NCBI GenBank assembly: GCA_037968875.1
Contig: JBBKWI010000197.1
Coordinates: 6,748 to 70,747 of the forward strand
Reading direction: 5' to 3'
From: Candidatus Sericytochromatia bacterium
Lineage (GTDB): Bacteria > Cyanobacteriota > Sericytochromatia > UBA7694
DNA length: 64,000 nt
Within the stretch, counting starts at the first letter, position 1, and the number at the start of each line of letters is the position of its first letter. The translations under genes were made by a program, and so were the position numbers. The notes under the pieces were generated by a model. The model saw only the letters and a list, made by a program, of their open reading frames with translations, ran no database searches and was not told where the DNA came from. Below, piece after piece: positions 10,695 to 21,030 of the stretch.

Positions 10695-11842
10695 TGCATA
10701 TCACTTTCTTTGGGGTTCAACGAACGTTGTAAAGCACGGATATAGTGAATCACGGCCCAACGCTCATCACGCGTCAATTGTTTGGCATAGCCTGGCATCA
10801 GATTTTGGCCATAAGTCATGACGTGGTAAATTCGGCCGTCGGTCCACTGTTCCGCCACTTTGGGTGAATGTAGACTTAAGCCATTCAAACCGACATCAGC
10901 TGGCAAACGGCCATCGCCCTGAGCATAATAGCCATGACAAACTGAACAACGGGATTCATACTTTTCTTTACCCAGTTCAAATATTTCTTGAGACTGCGGC
11001 AAAGGATTCACCAGATACTTACCCATTTCATCGGCTTGATCTTTGCCAAATGTTTCAGGCAAATAACCACGCGGAATCGTATAGTCTACGGGCTGCTGCA
11101 TGGAACGCTGATCTTTAAAGACCATCTTAGTTTCTTGCGCAACCGCTCTGGGCTGAACTGACATCCAGTTAAAAGGCGGCATAAAAACCATCCGATTGAG
11201 GCCAAAATAACCAGCACCGGATACGGTAATCGCCACGACTACAGCAAACCCCAGGAAAAGCGGATTGGCTAAAGACAATCCTGAACGGGCTTCTTTGACA
11301 TCATAATATACCGGAATAATCGTCTTTGCACCCAGGTTTTCCAACATTTCACGGGCAGATACTTCTTCAAAACGCTCATCTGCGGCCTCAATACAGAGAC
11401 CAAACATATCATCAGAGGTTCGCTGCATATAAGCCGTATCATGTAGGGGGTGATTATTACGAGGGAAACCTGAAACAATCAGGAATAAGATCAGTACCGT
11501 GCCTACAGCACCGGTTAAAACCAAAACTTCAAATAGAATCGGAATATAACCGGGTAGACTAAAGTAAGGCTTACCCGCCCAAACATTGGGGTAATCAACT
11601 AAAGATACCCAGGCAATAAAGGACAGCATCAACAACATACAGGTGGTCCCTATAATTAAGGTTAACCAACCCATTCCAGATTCACCCAAACCCATTGCAT
11701 CATCTAAACCATGCAGTGGGTAGGGCGTGTGCGCATCGAATTTACGATAGCGCTTGCGTGCGGTATCTGCCGCATGCAAAATTTCTTCAGGCTTCTCAAA
11801 GAGGCCAGTTAAAGCATAGAGTTTTTGCTCTTGTGCGCTCAT
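10691..11842 (-). CDS. actD: ACIII ActD membrane subunit fused to a C-terminal mono-haem cytochrome c (ActE-like)
   Basis: The N-terminal half has 2-3 TM helices. The C-terminus carries CSVCHG haem c and MPGYAKQL (Met ligand region). 4-bp overlaps on both sides. Confidence 0.6.
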   Translation of the reverse strand: MSAQEQKLYALTGLFEKPEEILHAADTARKRYRKFDAHTPYPLHGLDDAMGLGESGMGWLTLIIGTTCMLLMLSFIAWVSLVDYPNVWAGKPYFSLPGYIPILFEVLVLTGAVGTVLILFLIVSGFPRNNHPLHDTAYMQRTSDDMFGLCIEAADERFEEVSAREMLENLGAKTIIPVYYDVKEARSGLSLANPLFLGFAVVVAITVSGAGYFGLNRMVFMPPFNWMSVQPRAVAQETKMVFKDQRSMQQPVDYTIPRGYLPETFGKDQADEMGKYLVNPLPQSQEIFELGKEKYESRCSVCHGYYAQGDGRLPADVGLNGLSLHSPKVAEQWTDGRIYHVMTYGQNLMPGYAKQLTRDERWAVIHYIRALQRSLNPKESDMQ

Positions 11843-13302
11843 GCAGGTTGACCTCCAATAATAGTGGCTTCTGTATCCACTGGATCTTCTTCATGGTGAT
11901 GGTGAACTTGCGCGCCATCCATCACACTTTTGACTTCAGCAATCGAAACCACTGGCATAAATTTCACGAACAAGAGTGTCAGCGTGAAAAACATGCCGAA
12001 GCTGCCGAGCAACAGCATGAAGTCGACCAGGGTTGGGTTGTACCAACCCCAGCTCGAAGGCAAAAAGTCACGGGCCAGTGAAGTCACGGTAATAACGTAG
12101 CGTTCAAACCACATCCCGATATTCACGAAGATTGAAATAACAAACATAATCGGTACCGAGCGACGCAATTTACGAAACCAGAACATTTGCGGACTGATCA
12201 CGTTACAAGAAATCATAACCCAGTACGCAAAAGCATAAGGACCAAAAGCCCTGTTAATAAAGGTAAATTGCTCAATCAGGTTACCTGAGTACCAGGCAAT
12301 AAAGAACTCCATACCGTAAGCGTATCCGACTAGCGTACCGGTCAAAAGAATGATTTTATTCATTTTCTCTAAGGTATCGATTGGAATCAGATGCTGCATA
12401 TCAAAGATATAGCGAATGAAAACCAGCATGGTTACCACCATCGCAAAACCAGAGAAAATAGCACCGGCGACGAAATATGGTGGGAAAATCGTGGTATGCC
12501 AACCGGGCAGACCAGATACCGCAAAGTCAAAAGAAACGATCGTGTGAACCGAAAGCACCAGCGGAGTCGAGAGACCCGCCAAAATCAGATATACTCGCTC
12601 ATAGTGGCGCCAGTGGCGATTTGAAAAGCGCCAACCGAGGCTCAGCACTGAGTAAATCGTTTTACGGATTTTGCTGACCATGTCCTTGCCAAGCGTGCGA
12701 TCACGCAGGGTGGCGAAATCAGGGATCAAACCGGTATACCAGAAAAACAAAGACACCGTAAAATAGGTCGAAACCGCAAAGACATCCCAAACGAGGGGTG
12801 ATAAGAAGTTGACCCAAACAGCGTGTTTGTTGGGGTAAGGCATTAAATACAAAGGAAGAAATGGGCGGCCCGTATGAAACAGCGGGAACAAGCCCGCACA
12901 CATAACTGCAAAAATAGTCATGGCTTCAGCAAAGCGCGCAATCCCGTTACGCCATTTCTGTCTGAATAAAAACAAAATCGCTGAGATCAGAGTGCCTGCG
13001 TGGCCGATACCGATCCAGAAAACGAAGTTGACAATTGGGAAGGCCCAGGCCACAGGGACGTTATTGCCCCACATGCCTGTACCGTAATAAAAGCTAATTC
13101 CCCAGCCAACAAGCTCTACCATCAGTAGAGCAACTGAAAAAGCAAAAGCGATATACCATTTCAGGGTCGCTTTGGTTTCAATTGGGCGGGAAATCACCTC
13201 CGTAATATCGTGAAGCGTGGGTTGTTTCAAAACGACGGAGGGCTGGACGGAAAAATCAGGATGTCCGTCAGGGAGTGTATTGGGTTTTTTGGCTACCTGC
13301 AT
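11839..13302 (-). CDS. actC: ACIII subunit ActC (NrfD/PsrC-family membrane subunit)
   Basis: 487 aa polytopic protein with a NrfD-like helix pattern. Immediately downstream of actB. Confidence 0.75.
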   Translation of the reverse strand: MQVAKKPNTLPDGHPDFSVQPSVVLKQPTLHDITEVISRPIETKATLKWYIAFAFSVALLMVELVGWGISFYYGTGMWGNNVPVAWAFPIVNFVFWIGIGHAGTLISAILFLFRQKWRNGIARFAEAMTIFAVMCAGLFPLFHTGRPFLPLYLMPYPNKHAVWVNFLSPLVWDVFAVSTYFTVSLFFWYTGLIPDFATLRDRTLGKDMVSKIRKTIYSVLSLGWRFSNRHWRHYERVYLILAGLSTPLVLSVHTIVSFDFAVSGLPGWHTTIFPPYFVAGAIFSGFAMVVTMLVFIRYIFDMQHLIPIDTLEKMNKIILLTGTLVGYAYGMEFFIAWYSGNLIEQFTFINRAFGPYAFAYWVMISCNVISPQMFWFRKLRRSVPIMFVISIFVNIGMWFERYVITVTSLARDFLPSSWGWYNPTLVDFMLLLGSFGMFFTLTLLFVKFMPVVSIAEVKSVMDGAQVHHHHEEDPVDTEATIIGGQPA

Positions 13303-13311
13303 CGTTGTTTC

Positions 13312-16300
13312 CTATACTTTTTCGTATGTGTTTCTAAGTTTCGTCACGTACGTTATCGCTGGACGAGCGTTAAACTCTTCCAGAACATGATAAGCCGTCA
13401 CGTGTTTACGATACTGAGAAACAGATGATTGTGGATCATTGCTGTCCCCAAACACAATCGCTTCAGAAGGACAGATTTCCTGACAGGCAGTCACAACGTC
13501 ACTGCCCTTCAGATCGCGCTTCTCACGAATCGCTTCTTGTCTGGCCCACATAATGCGCTGAATACAGAAGGTACATTTCTCCATAACACCGCGCGAACGC
13601 ACTGTGACTTCAGGGTTATGCACCAATTGATTCATATCTTTGTGATAAAAAGCTTCTTTGAAGCGATCGCGATAATCAAAGAAATTAAAGCGACGTACCT
13701 TGTAAGGGCAGTTATTGGAACAATAACGGGTACCTACACAGCGGTTATAAGCCATTTGATTGAGACCATCTGGACTGTGGTTGGTCGCATTGACTGGGCA
13801 AACCACTTCGCAGGGCGCATTATCACAATGCTGGCACAGCATCATTTGTTGAGTCACGGTCGGCTCTTCAGCCGAACCTGAATAATAACGGTCTAAACGG
13901 ATCCAATGCATTTCACGACCACGGTCCACCTGGTCAGGACCGACAATCGGCACATTATTTTCGACATTACAAGCCATCACACAGGCATTACAGCCAGTAC
14001 ACTTGTTCATATCAATCGCCATTCCCCATTTGATGCCTTCATAGACATGGGTGCTGGTGATATTAAAGGTCTTGTGGCCGTGCATTTTAGCCGATTCAGG
14101 ATTTTTTTCGTATTCGGGGTAATTGGCTTCGTGGGTAATACCACGGGCCGTATGCAAATCCTGCTCACGGGGAACGTCAAAAGCGTGGTGCAATTGGGTG
14201 GTTACCAGATGGTGACTGCCCGCAGCCTTGACCACATCGACTTTAGCAATAAAAGGACTGTCTGAGTTCAGATCAATCAGCGCATTGACATCAACGCCAA
14301 CACCTGTCCCGATTTCACCGGCTTTGCTTCGTCCATAACCGAGTTCAACGGCAATCACTTTATCAGCCATACCGGGTTGCTCTAATACAGGCAAAGTCAC
14401 AGTTCCAGATCCGCCAGGCAGAGTCACAGTCACCATGCTTTCGGTTTTAACACCGAGCTCTTTGGCTGTCGTTACTGACATGGCCGCATAATTGTCCCAA
14501 ACCACTTTAGAAACCGGGTGTGGAATTTCTTGCAGCCAACCACTATTGGCAAACTCGCCGTCGAGAGTGGCATAACCATAATGCAAAGAAAGCAAATAGT
14601 CCTTTTCCAGCTTGGGGCGTTTGACCTGACTGAGGGCGTTGACATTTAAACTGCCATAATTAATTTTTGTTCCTTTTAGAGAAACAAAACCATCATGCAA
14701 GGCCCCTTGCCAGAAAGTGGTAAAGTCGCTGAGCGAATTGGTTTTACGATACACCGTATCTTGCCAGTTGTTCTTGAGGTAATTGTGATAAAGCTTTTCG
14801 CTGTACTGAGCCGAATCATCAGCCAACCAGGTCAGCAAAATGCCTTCTGCCTGACGAGAATCATGCAAAGGTGCAATCACAGGCTGCTGTAAATTATGCA
14901 CGCCCGCATAAGCTTCAAAGTCTCCCCAGGACTCTAGATCATGGTGAATCGGCAAGACAAAAGTTGACTTTTCACCCGTTTCATTAAGATGGGTATCCAG
15001 CGTCACGCTTACAGGTACTTTCGCCAGCGCATCAGCATATGCCAGTGCAGCCAGATCATAAGCCGGGTTCACATTCCAGTGAATCACCAGGTCATATTGA
15101 CCCGCGAGCATATCTTTGCTGAGTTGTGCCAGTTCAGCCGGCGCACTCGGCTGGGCCTGGTAAAAAGGCGCATTTTGACGCTGATAGAGCGCATCAGCAC
15201 CCAGGTCAGCATTTAAAGTGTTAACCAACACATGGACAGACTCAGGCAAACGATCGCCAGCATAGAGAAGGGCTTTGCCCCGATTTTTGTAGAGGTCATT
15301 AACCAGATGCTTTAAGCTGGATTCGGCCAAACCATGGGATGAGGCAAACCGACTCAATGTATGATTTTCAGCCTGAGGGACCAAAGCAGCCGAAAGCGCT
15401 AAGCCTTGCTCTTGCAACGCATTTGCGAGTGCCAACACCAATTCATACTGGGCATCTGGACGCAAGCGCAAACGATAATCAGCATTCATGCCTGTCAGAC
15501 TCAAATTGCCTTCAGCCACATACAGGCGACTAAAACCTTTGTCATTCATGACATCACGGCGTTTTGAAAAACCCAGACTCATTGCTTCCGTGCCTTCGGC
15601 ACCCAAGAAGTCGGATTCAAGCGCCAAAACAACATCGGCTTTGGTCCAATTAATCTCAGGCAGCTGCGCGACCCCATAGGACTTCTTCCAGGCACTTAAG
15701 CGTGGCGACAACTGGGTCAGGCTGTAATTAAAAACGCCCAGACCAGTATATTTCTGGCTGAGTTTGTCTAGAATTTTTTTGGCTGATGGCGACATCAAGC
15801 GTGAAGTCACAATCGCCGCTTTTTTGTTGTTTTGACTTAAGCTGCGCAAGGCGGAGCCGACAGCTTCGTCAACGACTTCCCAAGTCACGCCAGCAGAGCC
15901 CTTCAAAGGCGCGGCCACCCGTTCAGGATCGTAAAGACTCATAATCAAAGACTGAACATGAGGTCTCATTTTACCCTGATCAATAGGATGGTCGGGATTG
16001 CCCATAATTTTAATGGGACGGCCCTCACGGGTTTTAATCAGAGCTGAAACCGCTTGTCCACGTGAAGTGACAGTAGAGGCATAAAAATTAGGACGCCCGA
16101 CGATGACATCATCAGGCTGAACATTGTAGGGAATGATTTCCCCTTTGTCCATGTAATTTTTACAAGCGGTCAGAGTAAAGGCGGCAGAAGCTCCCATGGC
16201 AGCTAGAAAGCGGCGGCGAGAGATTCCACTCATTTCACGAATATCAAAGTCTTCTGTGACCCCTTTTTTAAATTCGTGATTTTTGGCTTCGAGTACTTCT

Positions 16301-16365
16301 GGATTGCTATTCAGCTCTTCCAGGCTCTGCCAATACAGGGGTTTATTTTTTTGCTGCAAATCCAT
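13312..16365 (-). CDS. actB: ACIII subunit ActB (molybdopterin-oxidoreductase-like plus 4Fe-4S ferredoxin domains, Tat-exported)
   Basis: Twin-arginine motif SRRRFLAAMGASA, a long MopB-like domain, and a C-terminal multi-Cys ferredoxin region (CTGCNACVMAC, CQHCDNAPC, CPYKVRRF). The ORF is open to 16422, but the YWQSLEELN start typical of ActB begins at the Met at 16365. Confidence 0.8.
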   Translation of the reverse strand: MDLQQKNKPLYWQSLEELNSNPEVLEAKNHEFKKGVTEDFDIREMSGISRRRFLAAMGASAAFTLTACKNYMDKGEIIPYNVQPDDVIVGRPNFYASTVTSRGQAVSALIKTREGRPIKIMGNPDHPIDQGKMRPHVQSLIMSLYDPERVAAPLKGSAGVTWEVVDEAVGSALRSLSQNNKKAAIVTSRLMSPSAKKILDKLSQKYTGLGVFNYSLTQLSPRLSAWKKSYGVAQLPEINWTKADVVLALESDFLGAEGTEAMSLGFSKRRDVMNDKGFSRLYVAEGNLSLTGMNADYRLRLRPDAQYELVLALANALQEQGLALSAALVPQAENHTLSRFASSHGLAESSLKHLVNDLYKNRGKALLYAGDRLPESVHVLVNTLNADLGADALYQRQNAPFYQAQPSAPAELAQLSKDMLAGQYDLVIHWNVNPAYDLAALAYADALAKVPVSVTLDTHLNETGEKSTFVLPIHHDLESWGDFEAYAGVHNLQQPVIAPLHDSRQAEGILLTWLADDSAQYSEKLYHNYLKNNWQDTVYRKTNSLSDFTTFWQGALHDGFVSLKGTKINYGSLNVNALSQVKRPKLEKDYLLSLHYGYATLDGEFANSGWLQEIPHPVSKVVWDNYAAMSVTTAKELGVKTESMVTVTLPGGSGTVTLPVLEQPGMADKVIAVELGYGRSKAGEIGTGVGVDVNALIDLNSDSPFIAKVDVVKAAGSHHLVTTQLHHAFDVPREQDLHTARGITHEANYPEYEKNPESAKMHGHKTFNITSTHVYEGIKWGMAIDMNKCTGCNACVMACNVENNVPIVGPDQVDRGREMHWIRLDRYYSGSAEEPTVTQQMMLCQHCDNAPCEVVCPVNATNHSPDGLNQMAYNRCVGTRYCSNNCPYKVRRFNFFDYRDRFKEAFYHKDMNQLVHNPEVTVRSRGVMEKCTFCIQRIMWARQEAIREKRDLKGSDVVTACQEICPSEAIVFGDSNDPQSSVSQYRKHVTAYHVLEEFNARPAITYVTKLRNTYEKV

Positions 16366-16599
16366 CTCAACCTCGTATTTCTCTCTTAACTGCCAGGGGG
16401 TGTTCTTTGACACGGGCAGCATATTTATTGCGAACAGGAGAGACCTTAGCGCGTTGGGTTGGCTTTAAAACCGTCAACCCGCTAGGAATGGCGTTTAAGA
16501 TCCAAATCCCCACTGCAGACTTGCCAAGCAACGACAAAAAGCGCCGACGCGCTAAACCTTTAATAGGCATTGATTCATTCATTTTTAGCTTAACTCCAT

Positions 16600-17178
16600 T
16601 TAACGGTGACACGCAGCACAGTTTTCTGGACCGTTTTTCAAACCGGTCAGAGAAACCAGATGCGGGTATTTCTCAGTTGCTGTACGGTGACAGTCTAAAC
16701 AATCTGACATCATAAAAGGCTTAATCTGCTCAACGACTTTCATGTTTTGAACATCACCATGACATTCAATACACTGCAAGCCTTTGTTGACGTGTACGCT
16801 ATGGTTAAAGTACACATGTTCAGGCATTCTATGAACCCGTTTCCAGGGAATGGCTTCATTGTTTTCAAAATACTTTGTCAATTTTTGAATTTCTGGTTTA
16901 TCTGTACGCGCTACTTCGTGGCAGTTCATACAGGTACTTACAGGGGGAACGGTGGCATGCCGGCCTTTGCTAACGCCAGTATGACAATACTGGCAATCCA
17001 TCCCCATTTTGCCGGCATGAAGTTCATGGGAATAATTGATGGGTTGGGTCGGTGCGTATCCGATATTATATCGTTCGTCCCGAGAGACGAAATAGGTTAC
17101 TGCATAAGTCGTAAAAACGATGAGCAAGGTAACCGGGAGGTAGACACGCAAAATATAATCAAGTACAGACTTTCTCAT
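16600..17178 (-). CDS. actA: ACIII subunit ActA, penta-haem cytochrome c with N-terminal membrane anchor
   Basis: Five CxxCH motifs (CQYCH, CMNCH, CIECH, CLDCH, CAACH). N-terminal TM helix. Confidence 0.8.
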   Translation of the reverse strand: MRKSVLDYILRVYLPVTLLIVFTTYAVTYFVSRDERYNIGYAPTQPINYSHELHAGKMGMDCQYCHTGVSKGRHATVPPVSTCMNCHEVARTDKPEIQKLTKYFENNEAIPWKRVHRMPEHVYFNHSVHVNKGLQCIECHGDVQNMKVVEQIKPFMMSDCLDCHRTATEKYPHLVSLTGLKNGPENCAACHR

Positions 17179-17545
17179 GGGTCACCTGAAATTTTACTTT
17201 AATTGCAACGAACTTAGACTGCATTTATTTTAATTGCTCTACCACAGGATACCATTAAATTCCTGTCCGAATAGTAGATCGGTTACAAATCAGAGGCGTT
17301 TCTGAGCACTTGAGCCATTCCTAAGCCCCTGAATAAACGCATAAATTCAGTCTGCTTATAATTTATCCTTAACACTCGGAAACGGCATTGATATGTATCA
17401 AGTCTCGGGAATGAAAACTAACAAAACAAAAATAGACTCTCGGCTCGTGAACGTAATCATTTATATTTTAGCAGCCCAACTGTTTATAGGATGCTGCCAC
17501 TTTAATCAATAAATGCCTATATCTGGCGGGCTTTTACTCTCAGCA

Positions 17546-17815
17546 TCAGTCGGTGTGATTCTGCCAGTACTGTAAAAGCTGATCAGCGCACTTTTGCAAG
17601 TCTGCAGGGGGCAGGTCATGGGCATAATAGCGCTGAAACAATAAGACCTTTAATTCAGCGGGAGTGGCTTCTGGATGCGCTAGCTTCAGACTGTTTTCGG
17701 CTAACCTGCGAATGTCTTCGATCTGACGCATACCAAGTGCAACCCGTTGCTGTGCAGACATCTTGTGTATTATCTGGCGTTGAATCGCGAGCACTTCATC
17801 AGGGGTATCACGCAT
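17546..17815 (-). CDS. Small helical hypothetical protein (downstream partner of an overlapping two-gene module)
   Basis: 89 aa ORF. 8-bp overlap with the upstream 169-aa gene. Confidence 0.4.
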   Translation of the reverse strand: MRDTPDEVLAIQRQIIHKMSAQQRVALGMRQIEDIRRLAENSLKLAHPEATPAELKVLLFQRYYAHDLPPADLQKCADQLLQYWQNHTD

Positions 17816-18317
17816 CAGCTAACAAACCAAAAGTCTCTAATTTCAAATCATTGACCCATTTATAAAGATAAGCTCTATCGACTGTCTCAATGGACAGTAA
17901 ATGCTTTAAACCTTCTGTTTGCCGATCGCTTTGTAAGTCTTGGCTCCAGATCAGTTTCGAAAGAATCAGATCTTCAACTTGCACCAGCCAAATAGGGAAA
18001 CCAAAGGCTTCTGAACGGATACGGCGAGAAAATTCAGCCTGGCGAAACGGCTCTGGTTTTAAAACAATGAAATCCAGTTTGTAACCCGTTTCAAAGTCGA
18101 TCACATTAAACATACCGGGTGTTTCCAAGGCCTGTTCAATTGCTGGTTTTCTAAAATAAGCCTTTTCAGGAGAAAATAAAGCGATAAAAATATTCAGCTG
18201 CTCAGGGGTCAAAGCAATCACCAGGTCACACGCGTCATGCGCGGCACCGTATAGGCATTTAAAGCCATACTGCCTGAGACCATATAGCCCAGCCCCTGGC
18301 TCTCTAAGCGCTCGCAA
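17808..18317 (-). CDS. Hypothetical protein, possibly a nucleotidyltransferase-like fold
   Basis: 169 aa. Weak NTase-like Gly/Asp patch (LYGAAHDACDLVIAL). Coupled to the 89-aa ORF. Confidence 0.4.
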   Translation of the reverse strand: MRALREPGAGLYGLRQYGFKCLYGAAHDACDLVIALTPEQLNIFIALFSPEKAYFRKPAIEQALETPGMFNVIDFETGYKLDFIVLKPEPFRQAEFSRRIRSEAFGFPIWLVQVEDLILSKLIWSQDLQSDRQTEGLKHLLSIETVDRAYLYKWVNDLKLETFGLLADA

Positions 18318-18421
18318 ACAGATTTTAAAAATGACAGCATCAACCGATTATATCAAGCCACAGATCAAGTATGCTTTAAATAACTTTCCCCACTTAGCAA
18401 CGCATCAGAAAGATCACCGCC

Positions 18422-19531
18422 ATGCCCACCCAAATCTCATCCCGTCAGGAAGATTACTTCAGACTGAATACTCAGCTCTCCCTCTTGAGCAATCAGCAAA
18501 TCGCCAAACAGCTCAAGGCCAGCAGTCATACTCAGGGCTGGGGTTTGAATCACACGCTCGAGATTGACGGACAAGCGGTCTTTGCCAAACGGATCCCCCT
18601 GACCGCCCTGGAGCACGCGCGTTTGTTTGATACCCGCAATCATTTTCAGCTGCCGATGTACTATCACTATGGCGTGGGATCAGCAGGCTTTGGCGCTTTT
18701 CGAGAGCTGATCCCCCATATCAAAACCACAAATTGGGTCTTACAAGGCCACAGTCCCCATTTTCCACTGCTTTACCACTATCGCATCTTAGAGAGCAATG
18801 CTCCCTGGCAAAGCCCTTCAGCTGAATCATTGACCAGGCATCTGTGCTACTGGAACCACAGCAAGCGGATTGCTAGCTATTTGCAGGCCCGCGCAGAAGC
18901 ATCTTATGAAATGGTGCTTTTTTTGGAACACTGGCCCCATTCACTCTATAGCTGGTTTCAAGCCCATCCGGGTAAAAACATTAAATCCCTCTTTGACCAA
19001 AGTCAGCAGGCCCTGGCCTTTTTAAACCAGCAGGGGATCTTACATCTGGATGCCCATTTGGCCAATATTTTAACCAATGGGAAGCAGATCGCAGTCAGTG
19101 ACTTTGGCCTGGCTTTGGATCAGGGCTTTGCTCTGGCTAAAAACGAAAAAGAATTTTTTGAAAATCATCAATCTTATGATCAGGGCGAATTGATCTGCAG
19201 TTTGGATTTTTCATTACATCAGGAACTCGAAAACCGGCCTGACAAAGCAAAGCTCTTCAAACAATTAAATCTTGATCCAGAGAAGAGCTCACTGGCACAA
19301 ACCCAGCAATTATTACAAAAAATTGATCAGCTTCAGCTCAGCCCTGATCTGAAGGCATTGCTAAAACAATACCAGCAGCCACTGCTGATCATGGACGCAT
19401 TTTTTGAAACGCTCCGCAATAACCCTAAGAAAAATACATTTTTTGACGACTCCGGCTTGCATCAGGCCTTGTTAAGTAGCGCCAAGACAAGCCGCAAAAA
19501 AGCACCGAGAATTAAAAATCCCGATGCTTGA
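18422..19531 (+). CDS. Atypical protein-kinase-like protein (ePK/APH-like fold)
   Basis: G-W-G loop, VFAKRIP (putative beta3 Lys), catalytic-loop-like HLDAHLANIL (HxDxxxxN) and SDFGLA (DFG). Gln-rich C-terminus. Confidence 0.55.
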   Translation: MPTQISSRQEDYFRLNTQLSLLSNQQIAKQLKASSHTQGWGLNHTLEIDGQAVFAKRIPLTALEHARLFDTRNHFQLPMYYHYGVGSAGFGAFRELIPHIKTTNWVLQGHSPHFPLLYHYRILESNAPWQSPSAESLTRHLCYWNHSKRIASYLQARAEASYEMVLFLEHWPHSLYSWFQAHPGKNIKSLFDQSQQALAFLNQQGILHLDAHLANILTNGKQIAVSDFGLALDQGFALAKNEKEFFENHQSYDQGELICSLDFSLHQELENRPDKAKLFKQLNLDPEKSSLAQTQQLLQKIDQLQLSPDLKALLKQYQQPLLIMDAFFETLRNNPKKNTFFDDSGLHQALLSSAKTSRKKAPRIKNPDA

Positions 19532-19552
19532 TTTGTTGATTGGGAGCAAATT

Positions 19553-20167
19553 TTATTTTGCGCAGCTAATCACAGACTGATGCACCCAATGCTTTTTGTC
19601 CATCGCCGAAGCTGTTAGCCACCAGCCATTTTGAAAATAGCCGCCACCATTATCGGCTTTGACTAGCTTAAGCAACTCACCTTTGGGAGCTGTACGATAA
19701 GTCGCAGAACTCAGGCTGGGACGTTCTTTGAGATAAGCATACTTCCAGGTCACGCGAGCCGAATCACATTTGCCCAGACCCGCCGTTGTCACGGTGGTTG
19801 GGGTTGACTGTTTTTGGGACTCAGGGTTGGAGCAAGTCGCTACCGATTGATGTACCCAATAGCGGCGATCTCTAGCTGATTTGACTAGCCACCAACCGTT
19901 TTTCATATAGCCATAGCCCTGAGCAGATTTGACCAGGTTGAGCAATTCTCCCTGCGGAGCAATGCGATAGGTACGTGACTCAAGGCTGGGATCCGCCTTT
20001 AAGTAGGCGTATTTATAAGTGACGCGCAGGCCCTGGCAGCTGTGTGTCGGATTCTTATAATAGTTACCCCCTGGTTGGATGGTGACTTGTTGTGCGGTTG
20101 CGGATAAAACCAGGCTGCTCAGCATCAGCAAACTCCCCGCAATTGAAAAGGTCGATTTTAAAGTCAT
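19553..20167 (-). CDS. Secreted protein with two tandem SH3b-like domains
   Basis: Signal peptide. Two units of about 95 aa, each with VT[YW]KYAYLK...YR[IT]AP[QK]GELL.LVK...NGWW...HWVHQSV. Internal gene duplication. Confidence 0.55.
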   Translation of the reverse strand: MTLKSTFSIAGSLLMLSSLVLSATAQQVTIQPGGNYYKNPTHSCQGLRVTYKYAYLKADPSLESRTYRIAPQGELLNLVKSAQGYGYMKNGWWLVKSARDRRYWVHQSVATCSNPESQKQSTPTTVTTAGLGKCDSARVTWKYAYLKERPSLSSATYRTAPKGELLKLVKADNGGGYFQNGWWLTASAMDKKHWVHQSVISCAK

Positions 20168-20215
20168 GATTACTCCTTTGTTTTTTTGATGTCTTTATTA
20201 AATAGGGCTCTTGAC

Positions 20216-20872
20216 TTAGTAAGTATCCATAATTTTAGGTTGATGACTGCTCACAATCGCCTGGGCCTGTTCAAAGCGATTAACTGTATCTGTATTCGGA
20301 TGAACAATCACGATAAAATTACCTTTTTCAAACTCGGTTTTGTAGAGTACCTCACGGTCTTCAGGGATCCGAATATCTTTGATCAGTCCGACTAACATGC
20401 CAATACTGGCCCCAGCAGCAGCCCAGGTGGCCGTCGCCGCCACAGCAGCCGCAATCGCGCCCCCGGCCACAATCGGGCCAATACCAGGGATCAAAATAGC
20501 ACTTAGCCCGATGGCGGTGCCAATCATAGTGCCTGTGGTAGCACCACTTTTCATGGCCGCAGGATCTTTATCTGAGATATCATGTTGGGCTTTGATATAT
20601 TTATTGTCTAAAAAAGAGACCGTAGGCTCACCGTGTTCGTCTAAATGATTGGGGGGAGCATCAGGGTGGCCAGTCGCTACATAGAGCTTCACGTCAACAG
20701 CGTCTTCGCTGTTTTTGGCCATCACCGAGACCTCCTCGTGATTAAATCCCTGGGTATTTAACTCAGTCAGGGCATGGTCGGCAGCTGATCTATCAGCAAA
20801 TATAGCAACCAGATTTTCATGAATAGTCATCGGTATTACGCTCCTTGTTGTATCGCTTGTTAGCATAGACAA
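20216..20872 (-). CDS. YflT/general-stress-protein-17M-like domain protein with glycine-zipper membrane segment
   Basis: N-terminal motif VAIFADRSAADHALTELNTQGF..EEVSV. Central G/A-rich glycine-zipper helices. Confidence 0.5.
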   Translation of the reverse strand: MSMLTSDTTRSVIPMTIHENLVAIFADRSAADHALTELNTQGFNHEEVSVMAKNSEDAVDVKLYVATGHPDAPPNHLDEHGEPTVSFLDNKYIKAQHDISDKDPAAMKSGATTGTMIGTAIGLSAILIPGIGPIVAGGAIAAAVAATATWAAAGASIGMLVGLIKDIRIPEDREVLYKTEFEKGNFIVIVHPNTDTVNRFEQAQAIVSSHQPKIMDTY

Positions 20873-21030
20873 AGAGAGATCAAAAAAGCATCAATCCTTC
20901 ATCAAAAAAAGCTAATATCGACTTGAATCGTCACCAAGTGATACCGTTCACTCCTTTGGTGACCATTGTGCCCGATTCTATATCCTAAGCTAAGCTAAAA
21001 AGATGACAAACCCATTAAAGGAGGGATCAC

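Noticed and set aside
13429-14265. 150-aa and 119-aa ORFs antisense to actB
   Set aside because: They are embedded in a strongly supported 1000-aa CDS and are typical antisense open frames.
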